Shown here piece by piece: positions 9,132-19,700 of a DNA stretch of 64,000 nucleotides. Position 1 is the stretch's first letter; every line of letters starts with the position of its first letter. Origin of the DNA: Paludibacteraceae bacterium (GTDB lineage Bacteria; Bacteroidota; Bacteroidia; Bacteroidales; Paludibacteraceae); NCBI GenBank assembly GCA_017443075.1, contig JAFSPC010000065.1, positions 6,413 through 70,412 on the forward strand, written 5' to 3'. The notes under the pieces were generated by a model that made no database searches, was not told where the DNA came from, and worked only from the letters and a program-made list of their open reading frames with translations. The position numbers and the translations under genes are program-made.

Positions 9132-10154
9132 ATGCTGAAAGCCAAACATACAGATCTGCATCCGATACTCAAGGTTAGCGAATGGCTGCTCATCGCCGTC
9201 ATATTCACTGCAGCCGTGTTTGCCCTGTGGCAGGTGTTGCCGATCAACCACAGTTCGATCGGTGCGTTGCTGCTGTTCCAGGCCTTGCAGGCTATCGGAT
9301 TATTCATCGTGCCTTCGCTGGCAGTAGCTTACCTTTGGAGTGATCAGCCGTTGGTGTGGTTGCGATGGCGGAAGCCGGAGGAGAGATGTCCTATGCCGGA
9401 TATGAGCAGTCAAGATCATGCCCCGGCGAAAGTGGGTGCGCACTCCCGCCAGTCAGCTGTCAGGTTGAGCCTGCTGAGCATGGGGATAATCGTTACGGCT
9501 ATCCCGCTGATCAATTGTCTGGTGGCATGGAACGGGATGTTGCGCCTGCCGGAGAGCATGAGCGGACTGGAAGACTTGATGCGGCGTATGGAGGAACAGG
9601 CAGAACAGCTGTTGCAGCACTTTCTGACCTATCAGGACGGGGCATGGTGGGTGTTGCTGCTGAATCTGCTGGTACTGGCAGTGCTGCCTGCTATAGGCGA
9701 GGAACTGACATTCAGAGGGGTTCTACAGGGGCTGATTGCCGGAAGACAGCAGTCAGCAGTCAGCAGTCAGCGGTCAGCAGTCAGCAACCATGTGGCGGTG
9801 TGGGTAACGGCATTTGTGTTCTCGTTTATACATTTTCAATTTTACGGGTTCGTCGCGCGTATGCTATTGGGCGCGCTGTTAGGTTACGCCTTGCTGTGGA
9901 GCGGCAGGATACAATACAGCATGCTCATGCATGCCACGAACAATGCGCTATCCGTCATTCTGTTTTACCTAAGCACGTACGTTTGGCATCTGCCCCAAGC
10001 CGAGATGGATGCCTTGGGCACAGGGCAGACATGGTGGATAACAGCCCTTAGCACGCCTATCATGGTGGGCCTGATATATTTGTTTTTTGACTGCACCTGC
10101 GGTGCTCAAAGAAAAAAGACCGCTGCACTGAAAGAAGACAGGCCGCAGCCATAG
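9132..10154 (+). CDS. CPBP (CAAX) family intramembrane glutamic endopeptidase
   Basis: 340 aa, multi-TM. It carries motif 1 EELTFRG, motif 2 FSFIHF and motif 3 HATNN. Confidence 0.85.
   Translation: MLKAKHTDLHPILKVSEWLLIAVIFTAAVFALWQVLPINHSSIGALLLFQALQAIGLFIVPSLAVAYLWSDQPLVWLRWRKPEERCPMPDMSSQDHAPAKVGAHSRQSAVRLSLLSMGIIVTAIPLINCLVAWNGMLRLPESMSGLEDLMRRMEEQAEQLLQHFLTYQDGAWWVLLLNLLVLAVLPAIGEELTFRGVLQGLIAGRQQSAVSSQRSAVSNHVAVWVTAFVFSFIHFQFYGFVARMLLGALLGYALLWSGRIQYSMLMHATNNALSVILFYLSTYVWHLPQAEMDALGTGQTWWITALSTPIMVGLIYLFFDCTCGAQRKKTAALKEDRPQP
9751..9785 (+). repeat. heptanucleotide tandem repeat (AGTCAGC)x5 inside the CPBP CDS
   Basis: Units are agtcagc at 9751-57, 9758-64 and 9765-71, ggtcagc at 9772-78, and agtcagc at 9779-85, preceded by a partial cagc. 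The tract encodes QSAVSSQRSAVS. Confidence 0.95.
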
Positions 10155-10189
10155 CTGGCTGCTCAAAGATAGCGACAAATCATAATAAC

Positions 10190-11491
10190 ATGAAAAACAT
10201 ATATTTATCCTTATTCGTACTGGTACTATGTGCCTCCTGCGCACAGAAGCAGATGCCGGCACGCGACTTTTTGTGCGGTGGTGACATCAGTTCGCTGACA
10301 TACTTAGAGAATAGCGGCGTGCGCTATGCCGATGCCGAAGGGACGGTCTATCCCGATGTATTAGATCTGCTGAAATCCAAAGGTGTGAATTGCATCCGTC
10401 TGCGCCTGTACAACAATCCCGGCACATGGGTGGAATATCGCGAGGGAGAGGAGATGTACCGTTTTCGGACAGTAGTGACACCCGAGGCAGGGCGTCCTGC
10501 AGGCGGCTACCAAGGTCAGGAGGATATATTAGGTTTGGCACGCCGCGCGAAGGCGCACGGCATGCAGATATGTCTGACATTTCACCTGAGTGACTTCTGG
10601 TCGCACGCAGGATTGCAACTTATCCCTGCCAACTGGGCAAGCATAGCCGACAACGAGGTGCTGGCTGACAGCGTCTATACCTTCGTACGCGGATTCATGC
10701 TACGCATGCAGGCACAGCAGACGCTGCCGGCGATCGTGTCGATAGGCAACGAGTCGAACGGCGGCATATTGTTCGGCTACACATACATGGACGGCGATGT
10801 CTATCACCCCGAAACAGCCTTGCCCTACGGTGGACATTACAGCTACGCTGCCGGCATGCGCCGGCTGTTTAGCAGTGCAGCAAAAGCTATACGAGAAGTG
10901 GCACCTGAGACGCAGATAGCAGTGCACCTGAATGGCTCTCACGCGCAGAACATGCAAGCATACACATGGTTGTTACCGATGATTGCCCCCGAAGACTTTG
11001 ATATCATTGCCGGTTCGTACTACCCCTATTGGGCACACGAGCAACATGCTACGGACGACACGCCTGCCACGATGGGCGAATGGGCAAAGCAGATATGGGC
11101 AACCTTCCATAAGCCCGTGCTGATCATGGAGACCGGCTATGCATGGACGCCGTATCGTCCGGCAGGGCGTTACGGCGGCGAGTATGAGGGGCAGTTGCAT
11201 CGGAATGGCAGCTACAACGAAGCAACGCCGGAGGGGCAGCGACGGTTCATCGAACAGCTACACAGCGTGATAGATGCCGACGAGCATATACTGGGCTACC
11301 TGTATTGGGACCCTATACTGGTCGAGCAGCAGCGAGACGGCGAATGGCTGCGCATAGGCTGGGTGGAAGATGGCAACAACGATGTGGGCAACACCACATG
11401 GTTCGACTACGAGGGAAAGGCGCTGCCTATCCTGGATGCCATACTTGAGCATTCTATGCATGCAGAGACGTCGGCACACTCCGACAAATAG
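10190..11491 (+). CDS. glycoside hydrolase family 53 arabinogalactan endo-beta-1,4-galactosidase
   Basis: 433 aa with a lipoprotein/signal peptide (LVLCASC). GH53-like segments are GGDISSLTYLENSGVRY, IGNESNGG (acid/base Glu) and IMETGYAW (nucleophile Glu). Confidence 0.8.
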   Translation: MKNIYLSLFVLVLCASCAQKQMPARDFLCGGDISSLTYLENSGVRYADAEGTVYPDVLDLLKSKGVNCIRLRLYNNPGTWVEYREGEEMYRFRTVVTPEAGRPAGGYQGQEDILGLARRAKAHGMQICLTFHLSDFWSHAGLQLIPANWASIADNEVLADSVYTFVRGFMLRMQAQQTLPAIVSIGNESNGGILFGYTYMDGDVYHPETALPYGGHYSYAAGMRRLFSSAAKAIREVAPETQIAVHLNGSHAQNMQAYTWLLPMIAPEDFDIIAGSYYPYWAHEQHATDDTPATMGEWAKQIWATFHKPVLIMETGYAWTPYRPAGRYGGEYEGQLHRNGSYNEATPEGQRRFIEQLHSVIDADEHILGYLYWDPILVEQQRDGEWLRIGWVEDGNNDVGNTTWFDYEGKALPILDAILEHSMHAETSAHSDK

Positions 11492-11964
11492 ATTCGAAAG
11501 GCACGAAAGATTATGTGGCACACAATTGTGGAATGTTGAGCGTAGAGTGAAAATTTTGTAGGATTCACCTACGCCGGCTCACTATGAGTGAGAGGGTAAG
11601 CGGGAGAATCATCACATATAAAATAGCGTTTATTGACGCTTTGTGTTTGATGCACTGAAACTTCGCAACTTTCAAGAACATCTCAAGACCAAAGTCGCAA
11701 TAGATGCCTATGGGTATGACTATCATACCTGCTTTGTCATTCTTGGCAAAGCAGTTTGTCATATCGGCGTAGGTTTCCTGTTGTTTATTTGAGTTTTTAG
11801 GCAATGCGAAGGCCTCGGACTGTAGATAAACAGCACGAGGTCTGCGCTTTTTTTGTGTGCATATATCTCATATTTCTGTTAAATTTCGAGGTTCGAAAGA
11901 TAGCAGATAAAAGGCAGATATGCAGATAGTTATAAGCGCGTGCAAAAGAGCAAGGTCTAGGATC

Positions 11965-12030
11965 GGCTCGGAAACGGATCGGAAGCGGCTCGGAAACGGC
12001 TCGGAAACGGCTCGACAACGGCTCGGAAGT
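11965..12030. repeat. 11-bp tandem repeat GGCTCGGAAAC x6
   Basis: Units start at 11965, 11976, 11987, 11998, 12009 and 12020. Units 1, 3 and 4 are identical; the others differ by 1-3 nt. Confidence 0.9.
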
Positions 12031-12039
12031 TATATAAAG

Positions 12040-12073
12040 AAACAGGCACCGACCATTGTGGTGGTGCCTGTTT
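12040..12073. terminator. perfect 11-bp hairpin, candidate terminator downstream of the OmpA-family gene
   Basis: aaacaggcacc (12040-12050) pairs with ggtgcctgttt (12063-12073) around a 12-nt loop. A-rich and T-rich flanks lie on either side, and the hairpin is 88 nt beyond the minus-strand stop at 12161. Confidence 0.55.
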
Positions 12074-12160
12074 GCATGTTACATTGCTCTTTGGGATAAC
12101 CAATTGAGCAGATATAGTTCTTACTTTACTCTCGCGCCTTGGGCGTTATATACCTTGCCC

Positions 12161-13597
12161 TTACTCGAAGCGGATGTTCGCGCGTCGGTTGAGGGCACGG
12201 TTGGCGCGGGAGTCGTTGGGAGCGATAGGTTCGGTCTGCCCCTTTGACTCGCAGCGGATCTGCTCCGCCGGCGCACCTTGTTTCACCATGTAGTCACGCA
12301 GTGCCTCGGCGCGTTGCATACCCCATATATTGAGGTTCTGCTCGGGGTCGCCGTAGCTGTCGGTGTGGCCGATGACAACGACCTTGTACTCCTTGTTATC
12401 TTTAAGGAACGCGCAGAGTTCGTCGATAGCGGCTTTGTCCTCATCGCTGATAGCGGGCACTGTTTTCGAGTTCTCGAAATAGACGTTGATACCATCGATG
12501 CGGTTCTTGAAGGCGTTCCATGCCGCCTCTTTCTCCGCTTTCTCGCGTGCCAGACGGCCTGCTTCCGCCTTCTCGCGTGCAGCCTTTTCAGCGGCTATAC
12601 GCTCCTGCTCGGCTTTGGCAGCAGCCTCATGCGCAGCCTTCTCAGCGGCTTCACGTTCAGCGGCTTCGCGTGCCAGACGCTCTGCTTCTTCATCGATAGT
12701 AGGCAGTTGTTCCTCTACCGGTGCTTCTACCACTTTCTCCGCTTTGGGCCAGCCGAAGTCGATAGCCACTTTCACGCCTAAGCGCAGGAGGTTGGCTTTG
12801 GAGGTCTCGTCGGAAGCGAAGGTGCCGGAGTAGTCAATCTGCTGTTTCTCGTTGATGATGACCATGGGGGTCGTTTTCGCCTCTGCTAACAGGTTCGTGA
12901 AGCCGTAACCGGCGTAAACGCCCATGTACATGCCCCAGTTGTCGTTGAAGGCACATCGGAAACCGAGGTCGGCAATGGCGGAAGCCCCCACTTTGGCGAG
13001 GTTGGTTATCTTGCCTCCTTGTGTGGTCGTATAGGTGTCAAAGCCGTGTTCGGGCAGGTTGGAGACGGTGTAGCTGCCTAATTTGGGGAAGACGCCGGTG
13101 GTGGCATACGTACCTCCCAGAGGGCTGTACGTGCCGTGTAGGGGGAAGTCGAGCGACAGTCCTACGCCGCCGATGAACGCCCAGCGGTCGCTGAGTCCTT
13201 TGCGGAACAGCACCTCCACGGGGATACTGAGCACGCCCACTGTCTGACGCTCGCGCCAGTCGGTGTAGGTGGTGTTGAGGTTGTAGAGGGTGTTGGGGTT
13301 GTTGGGGTGCGTCAGACCGGTGCTGACCTCGTTGTAGTTATAGAACGCCGAGGCGTTTGCCCACGTGTATTGTAGTCCTACGCCCAGACCGACGGTCTGG
13401 TTGAAGAAACGGCCGTAGAACAAGCCGGCATCAATACCACCGCCAAGGGACTGCGTACCGTTGGCAGGCTTGTACAGCATGGTGTTCATGCCCCCGCCGA
13501 ACGACACACCTAAATAGTTATCATGTGCGCTCTGCTGAGCACTGACCGAGAGGGTCAGTGCCGCAGCGGCGAGGATTGAAAATAATCTTTTATTCAT
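12161..13597 (-). CDS. OmpA-family outer membrane protein (N-terminal beta-barrel, Ala/Glu/Lys coiled-coil linker, C-terminal OmpA peptidoglycan-binding domain)
   Basis: 478 aa with a signal peptide (MNKRLFSILAAAALTLSVSAQ) and Gly/Tyr-rich amphipathic strands. The linker reads EAERLAREAAEREAAEKAAHEAAAKAEQERIAAEKAAREKAE. The C-terminus carries VVVIGHTDSYGDPEQN..RAEALRDYM..NRRANIRFE. Confidence 0.88.
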   Translation of the reverse strand: MNKRLFSILAAAALTLSVSAQQSAHDNYLGVSFGGGMNTMLYKPANGTQSLGGGIDAGLFYGRFFNQTVGLGVGLQYTWANASAFYNYNEVSTGLTHPNNPNTLYNLNTTYTDWRERQTVGVLSIPVEVLFRKGLSDRWAFIGGVGLSLDFPLHGTYSPLGGTYATTGVFPKLGSYTVSNLPEHGFDTYTTTQGGKITNLAKVGASAIADLGFRCAFNDNWGMYMGVYAGYGFTNLLAEAKTTPMVIINEKQQIDYSGTFASDETSKANLLRLGVKVAIDFGWPKAEKVVEAPVEEQLPTIDEEAERLAREAAEREAAEKAAHEAAAKAEQERIAAEKAAREKAEAGRLAREKAEKEAAWNAFKNRIDGINVYFENSKTVPAISDEDKAAIDELCAFLKDNKEYKVVVIGHTDSYGDPEQNLNIWGMQRAEALRDYMVKQGAPAEQIRCESKGQTEPIAPNDSRANRALNRRANIRFE

Positions 13598-13616
13598 AAT
13601 GCTTGTGATTTTTTCG

Positions 13617-13704
13617 TTATTACGTTATTACGTTATTACGTCATTACGAAGGTTATTACGTCATTACGGTATTACGGTATTACGGTATTACGGTATTACG
13701 AAGG
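13617..13704. repeat. octamer tandem array (NYATTACG x10, punctuated twice by AAGG)
   Basis: The array is ttattacg x3, tcattacg, aagg, ttattacg, tcattacg, gtattacg x4, aagg. It fills the gap between the giant-protein stop (13705-07) and the OmpA-family start (13597). Confidence 0.95.
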
Positions 13705-16700
13705 TTATTTCTTCATGACTTTGACTACGATGCCGTCCACGGAGATCATGTAGTTACCTTGCATGTAACCGCCCATGTCCACCTTGGTCTCGTTGCCCTC
13801 GAAGGTGCTCCTGAGAACTTCCCATCCGTTGAAGTTGACAACGCGGAGCGTATGCTCGTAGTTGTAGCTGTTCTCGATGGTCACGGTGGTGGTGTTGACA
13901 ACGGGGTTCGGGTAAGCGCTTACCTTCGCCTGCTTGGTGTCGCCGTAGAGGCTGAGATCTTCCTGCGGGCAGGTGTAGGTCGGCACGCCGTTCATCTTCG
14001 CATGGATGAAATACTCTCCGGAGAGACCGCCTTCCTGCTTGTAGTAATACCCGGTCGCACCTTCGATAGCTTGCCACTGATCGGTGCTGTTAGCACGCCA
14101 GTACCACTGGATGTCGGTGAGGCACTCGCAGGTATCTACCACCGCCATTACGTCGTCGAAGAGCGCCACTACGTAGGTCTCCGGCAGATTGACATGGAAC
14201 GTCACGTTCAGCGCGTTGCTCTCCAGCCAATCGAAGCGGCTGTCACGGAAGGTAGCCGTGAAGGTATAGTCGCCTGTAGGCATGTCAACCGGTATCTCGA
14301 TGTCGATGATGCCGTCCTTGCCCGGAGTGGTCAGGTTGGTCCAGTCCACATCGGTGAAGCGCGGATCGGCGAACTCGATCTTGTACTGGTCGGGGTTACC
14401 GCTGTTGAGGTGGTAACGCAGGCTGTAGCCGCTGCCGTCGCAATAACCGTATGCGTGAACCTCGATACCCTCTTTCACCTCGGCTTCGTCATCCTTCTCA
14501 TCCGGGTTGTTGTCCGGGATGAACTTCTCGATGATGACGCCCTCGGCAGAGAAGACATCGGATGCCGGAGTCAGATCGTAGTTAGCCAGCAGTTCGGCAT
14601 CGCCCGTCAGTTCGTAGAAGAGTGTGATGGTCTTACCCTCGCCTACAGAAGCGTCGGAGAACGAAGCGGTGGTCTTATGAGCGACAGCGTCATTGAGCTG
14701 GACGCCCTCCAGCTGACCGGCGTTGAGTACGACAGCATTGGTGTTGCCGTCCTCGAACTTGGCAATCTGTGCCTCGGCACCGGATACATAGACCGTAGCC
14801 TTGTTGACCGTCAGCGTAGCAGGAACGACGGTAATCTCGTAGTTGATATCCTCAGCCGCCGGAGTGATGGTATAGGTGCCAACCGGACTGCCTTGCTCGT
14901 AAGCGCAGACATAATCCATCACATCCAGCTCCAGCTCGTCGTCCTCGTTCTTAAAGCCCTCGAACTTAGCGGTGTACAAAGGAGCTTCGTCGCCGTAGAT
15001 GACGGACTTGTCATCGGCGGTGATGGTCAGAGCAGCCTTGCTTACCGTTACCTTGCCGTTGACGAAGGTAATAGCATAGTCCGGGTTGCTGACGCCGCTC
15101 GGAATGATGTCGTAGTCGCCTACATTAGAGGTCGGCGCATACTCGCACGCATAAGCGATCGTGCCGGAGAGCACATCCGCATTGTCCTCGCCCTGCCATC
15201 CTTCATAGGTTACTGTGTACTCGGGTACGGCATCGCCGTAGATGACCTCTTTGTTGTCCGCGGTAGCGGTCAGGGCTGCCTTGGCGATGGTCACTACGAC
15301 TGCATCTGCAGACTCGTAGTCAAGGTGGTTGGCGTCACCAACGACGCGGTAATAAACGCCGTAGGTATCGGCATTCTTAGCCTGCGGCAGAGCGGTATTC
15401 CAACTCTCATCGTCATTCGGAGTGAAGGTATATTCGAACGTACCGTGCTCGGTTGTACCGGCTGCCACCAGTGTCTGTGCGCCGCCGTTATAGGTCAGCG
15501 TGTTCGCTACCGGCTCCGTGAAAGCAGGATCGGCTTTGTAAACAACGAGTTTACCGTTGACATAGGTGATGTCGTAGTTAGCCGAAGTCTGTCCGGACGG
15601 AGTGACGTCGTACGAAGCTACGTTGCTGCCGACGGTATAGTCGCACGCATAGCTCAGTTCGCCCGTCAGCACGTCAGCAGGCAGGTCGCTGCCCTTCAGA
15701 CCGCTGTACGATACGCTGAAGCCCGGAGCGGCATAGCCGTAAACAACCTCTTTGTTCTCCGCGGTGATAGTCAGCGCCGCCTTGGCGATGGAGACCTCAA
15801 GCGGTTCCGCAGCGATGTAGTCGTTGTGGTTGGCGTCGCCCTGTATCTTGTAATATACTTGATAGGCACCGGCATCGGTTACCTTGGGCAGGGTGTCCAC
15901 CCATGTGCCGTTCTCGCCTACCTTATATAGGAACGTACCGTCCGCGCACTCGCCTGCGCTAATGAGCGCCTGCTTATCGCTGGTATAAACGAGTTCTTCC
16001 ACTGCCTGAGGCAGGGTCACGGAAGAAGCAAGTGCAGTCTCGGTCACGAGGCGGACGGATAGACCATAGTGTAGATAATATGAGTTTTCCGGAAGGCACG
16101 CGCTCGCAGTGAAGCACAAGTCGTACGAAATAGTGCTACTGCTTGGCGTAGATGACCAATATAAGCCGGCCGAGCCCACATCGCTCACGGACGTACCATC
16201 GCGGAGACCGACAGCAGGCAGGAAAATGGCACCGGCTGCTTCCATTGCAGACCAATTGTTGACCGCACCTTCTGCAAAATACTCGTTACTTTCAAACGAG
16301 TTTTCCGAACCCGCTGTAAATGAGCAACCTTCCGGCAATGTCCAGTCATCTGGCAGAACTACCAAACCACGAACGCCATTTACGATTGCCTGACTTAACT
16401 TGTCTGCGGCATTGGTACGGGTGTTCAAGAGATACGCCCACTCGTCTTTGGTCAGTGTACGCCAGCCTGCACCCATGGTAGCCCCCCAATCTTTGAACTC
16501 ACCGCTATAGGTGCTGCTACTATTGTTGTTATAGATGCCGTAGTAGGTAGAGGTAGTGCTCCAGCCGAACAGATCGACGGTGCCGTTCGCGGATACCGTA
16601 CCGTTGTCGTTAATCTTGGTATTGGCAACAGCACTGCCGATGAGGTCATACTGGTTGGCGGCAAATGCCCATGTCCAGTTAGCACCGAGGTCAGCGGTCG

Positions 16701-19700
16701 TAGCCTGCAAGTTACCTTTGGAGAAGTTAACGACCTTTCCGTCGGCAACGGAGAAAGCGCCCTTCAGTGCACCTTCGGGTGCTTCGGATGCACCTCCTCC
16801 ATTAACGTCGATGTCGGCTTTGGCGATGGTGGCATTGAGTGAGCCGGTGATGTCCTGCTCGCCCGCAGCGGTAGCCTTGTAATAAACGGTGTAACTGCCC
16901 GCATCGGTTGCGGTAGGCAGGTCGGTGCTATACTCTGCATCGCCTACCTTGTACTGATAGGTAAAGCCTTCTACATCGCCGGCAGTGACGAGCGTCTGCG
17001 CCTCGCCGGTATAGACGAGTCCGAGAAGTGCCTGCGGCAGCGTACCGATAGAAGCAGTCAGCGAATTTACCTCGCTGTCGTTGTGGTTGGCGTCGCCCTT
17101 GACATAGTAATAAACGGTATAGTCTTGTGCTCCCGTGCCCGTAGGCAGGTCGGTGCTCCAATTCTCTTTGTCGAGGCTGTAGTATAACGTACCGTCCTCG
17201 CACTCGCCGGCGGTGATGAGCGTCTGCGCCTCGCCGTTGGCGGTCAGTCCCGCTACTGCCTTCGGCAGAGTAACGGAAGCCGGTGCGGTCTCGGTCACGA
17301 GGCGGACAGAGTAACCGCAGAACCGAAAGTCGTTTATCGCAGGATTCACATTGTCCGGACCGAAGTACGCGCAGTACGCGGAAGACATATCGAAGGGGTC
17401 AGGCGAGGACGACCAATAGAAGCCGGCCCAGCCTGCAGCGGTCATACTCGTTCCAACGCGGTTGCCGGCAGCAGGCAAGAAGACGCAGCCTTTAGTCTGC
17501 AAAGCAGTCCATTGTGCAGTTGTACAAGTAGTCGTATAATTTGCATTTGCTGTATTAGGAGACCCTACTTCCGTAAATTCACTTGCAGCAAAAGTACCGC
17601 CATCAGGGAACAGGATAATACCTCTTACTGCTGATCCATCCGTATTAATGGTGGCTTGTGTATATCTGCAATCGGCTACACTATTTACAGTCGCTGCCTT
17701 ATCGCCGGTACGGGTATTGAACAGGTACGTCCATTGCTCTGTTGACAGAGTGAACCAACCCTCGCCCATCGTGGTACCCCAGTCGCTCTTGAGAGCCTCG
17801 GAGTCACTGTTCCCGTAGCCGTCGGTGACGTTCATTGCAGCATCATCAAGAGCAGTGATACCATACTGCTTCAGACCGGTCCAAGTGGAGGACGCGCCTA
17901 CCCAGCCGAACAGATCCACGATACCGTTGTTGTTTTCAATACCGTCATCAATAACGGAGGTGTTACCGGCGGCATCACCTACATAATCGTACTGGTTCCC
18001 GGCAAACTGCCATGCCTGCGTGTTGCTGTTATACTGCAAGTTGCCTTGTGAGAAATAGACAACTTTTCCGCCGGCAACGAAGAACTTACCCTTCAGTGCG
18101 CCTTCACTTCCGCCGAGGTTGATGTCGGCTTTGGCGATAGATACCTCCACCGAGCCGGTGATGTCCTCCTTGCCTTCGGCGGTAGCCTTGTAATAAACGG
18201 TGTATGTGCCCGCATCGGTTGCCGTAGGCAGGTCGGCGCTGTACTCGCCGTTCTCACCTACCTTGTATTGGAAGGTGTAGCCCGCTGCCTCACCGGCAGC
18301 GATGAGCGTCTGCGCCGCACCGGTATAGACGAGTCCGGCTACTGCCTCCGGCAGAGCCGGAGCTGCATCTAACTCAAACTCGATAAGTGAAATCTGCATA
18401 AGACTACTGCTAATACCTACCGTATCAGCCTCTCCTGTCCAGATTAAGGAAGTTCTCAGACTCCTGTCCAGTGCAATAACCTGTTTGAAGATTTTTCCTT
18501 TTGGAGCAATTAACTGAATTCCGTTTGTTGTCGAAGTAGAAAGCGTGATATAAATACCTGACATGTTAATAAAAGAGCCATCGACGATTTTCAACGTCAC
18601 ATCCTTGCATGTATGACTGCTGCCGTTCTCCAACTCAGGGAAGGTCTTGAAATCATCCGACCTCCAGAAAGTCCATGAAGTAGCCGGAGCCTCTTGCGGA
18701 GCTTGGTATTTAACGACTGCTTTTCCAAAAACTTTAGTTTCATTCTCCGCGGTGATGACGCCGGTCTCTTCCTCGGTACGGGTGTAATCCACTCCTTCTA
18801 CCAGACCGGAACCATCATACTGCCAGAACATTTCTTCCATGCCATCAGCAGCCAAGTTATCATAACTGAATTGGGTATATTCATCCTTGAAAACATAACT
18901 TGCCGGTAGGTGATACAAGGAGCCGGTGGGGATAGTTACGGTATCTATTTCACGAAGATAGCTGCACCAACTCTTCTCGAATGTTGTCACAGGCGTATTG
19001 AAGATAATATGTTGTGGAGTGCCGTAGTTGGCAACAAAATCTTTGTCAATCGAGGCGATGGCAGGTGCTGTAATAGTGACCGTGACAGATTCATCCGAAC
19101 CTTTTCGATAAAATACAGATTGTCTACCTGCTACAAAAGGAAGTGTCGTTTTGATATCTGCAGCCTCAAACGGAGAGTTGGACGTATAATACATATACCA
19201 GTTCTCTCCAAAAGAATAGACCTTGCAGTCATCTGCAAACTCAAATCTCTTTACACTCGGGACATAGTCATGATCATTTGCCGCAAAAATACGAGCTGCT
19301 ACGATGCCGGTACCGCTGACCATCACTAGTCCATTGTCATAGATGTCGTAGGTCATGCCGTTGTCAGTAATCGTCTTGGTAATAGCAGCAGGGATAGCCG
19401 CTTTAGTGCCGAAGTCCTTCCATACATCTGCGGCCTCGTATGCAGCTTTGCTGGTTCCGGGCACATTGAGGGTGATATTGGAAAGCGTTACTTCGCTAAA
19501 GACATTGGCGCTAATCGTCTGCGGGGTAGCTGCCTTGTTCGTAAATTCGGTGAGACCATAGCAATAAGCGAAAGCCTCTTCTCCAATGGTAGTAACCCCC
19601 GCCGGCAGCGTCATTGACGTAAGCCCACAATAAGTGAAAGCGTTAGCTCCGATAGAGGTAACACTCTCCGGCAGCGTAACCGATGCAAGATTCCAACACC

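Noticed and set aside
11565-11804. 79-aa minus-strand ORF in the GH53/OmpA gap as a possible transposase or IS remnant
   Set aside because: I recognise no DDE, HTH or other transposase motif. There are no flanking inverted repeats or target duplication. I cannot support a mobile-element call, so it stays unassigned.
13759-15930. 723-aa plus-strand ORF antisense to the giant surface-protein gene, and similar antisense ORFs at 16109-19561
   Set aside because: It is fully nested antisense to a CDS with clear domain content. Its translation is low-complexity (V/G/R/D-rich) with no motifs, which is typical of shadow ORFs in repeat-rich GC-biased genes.
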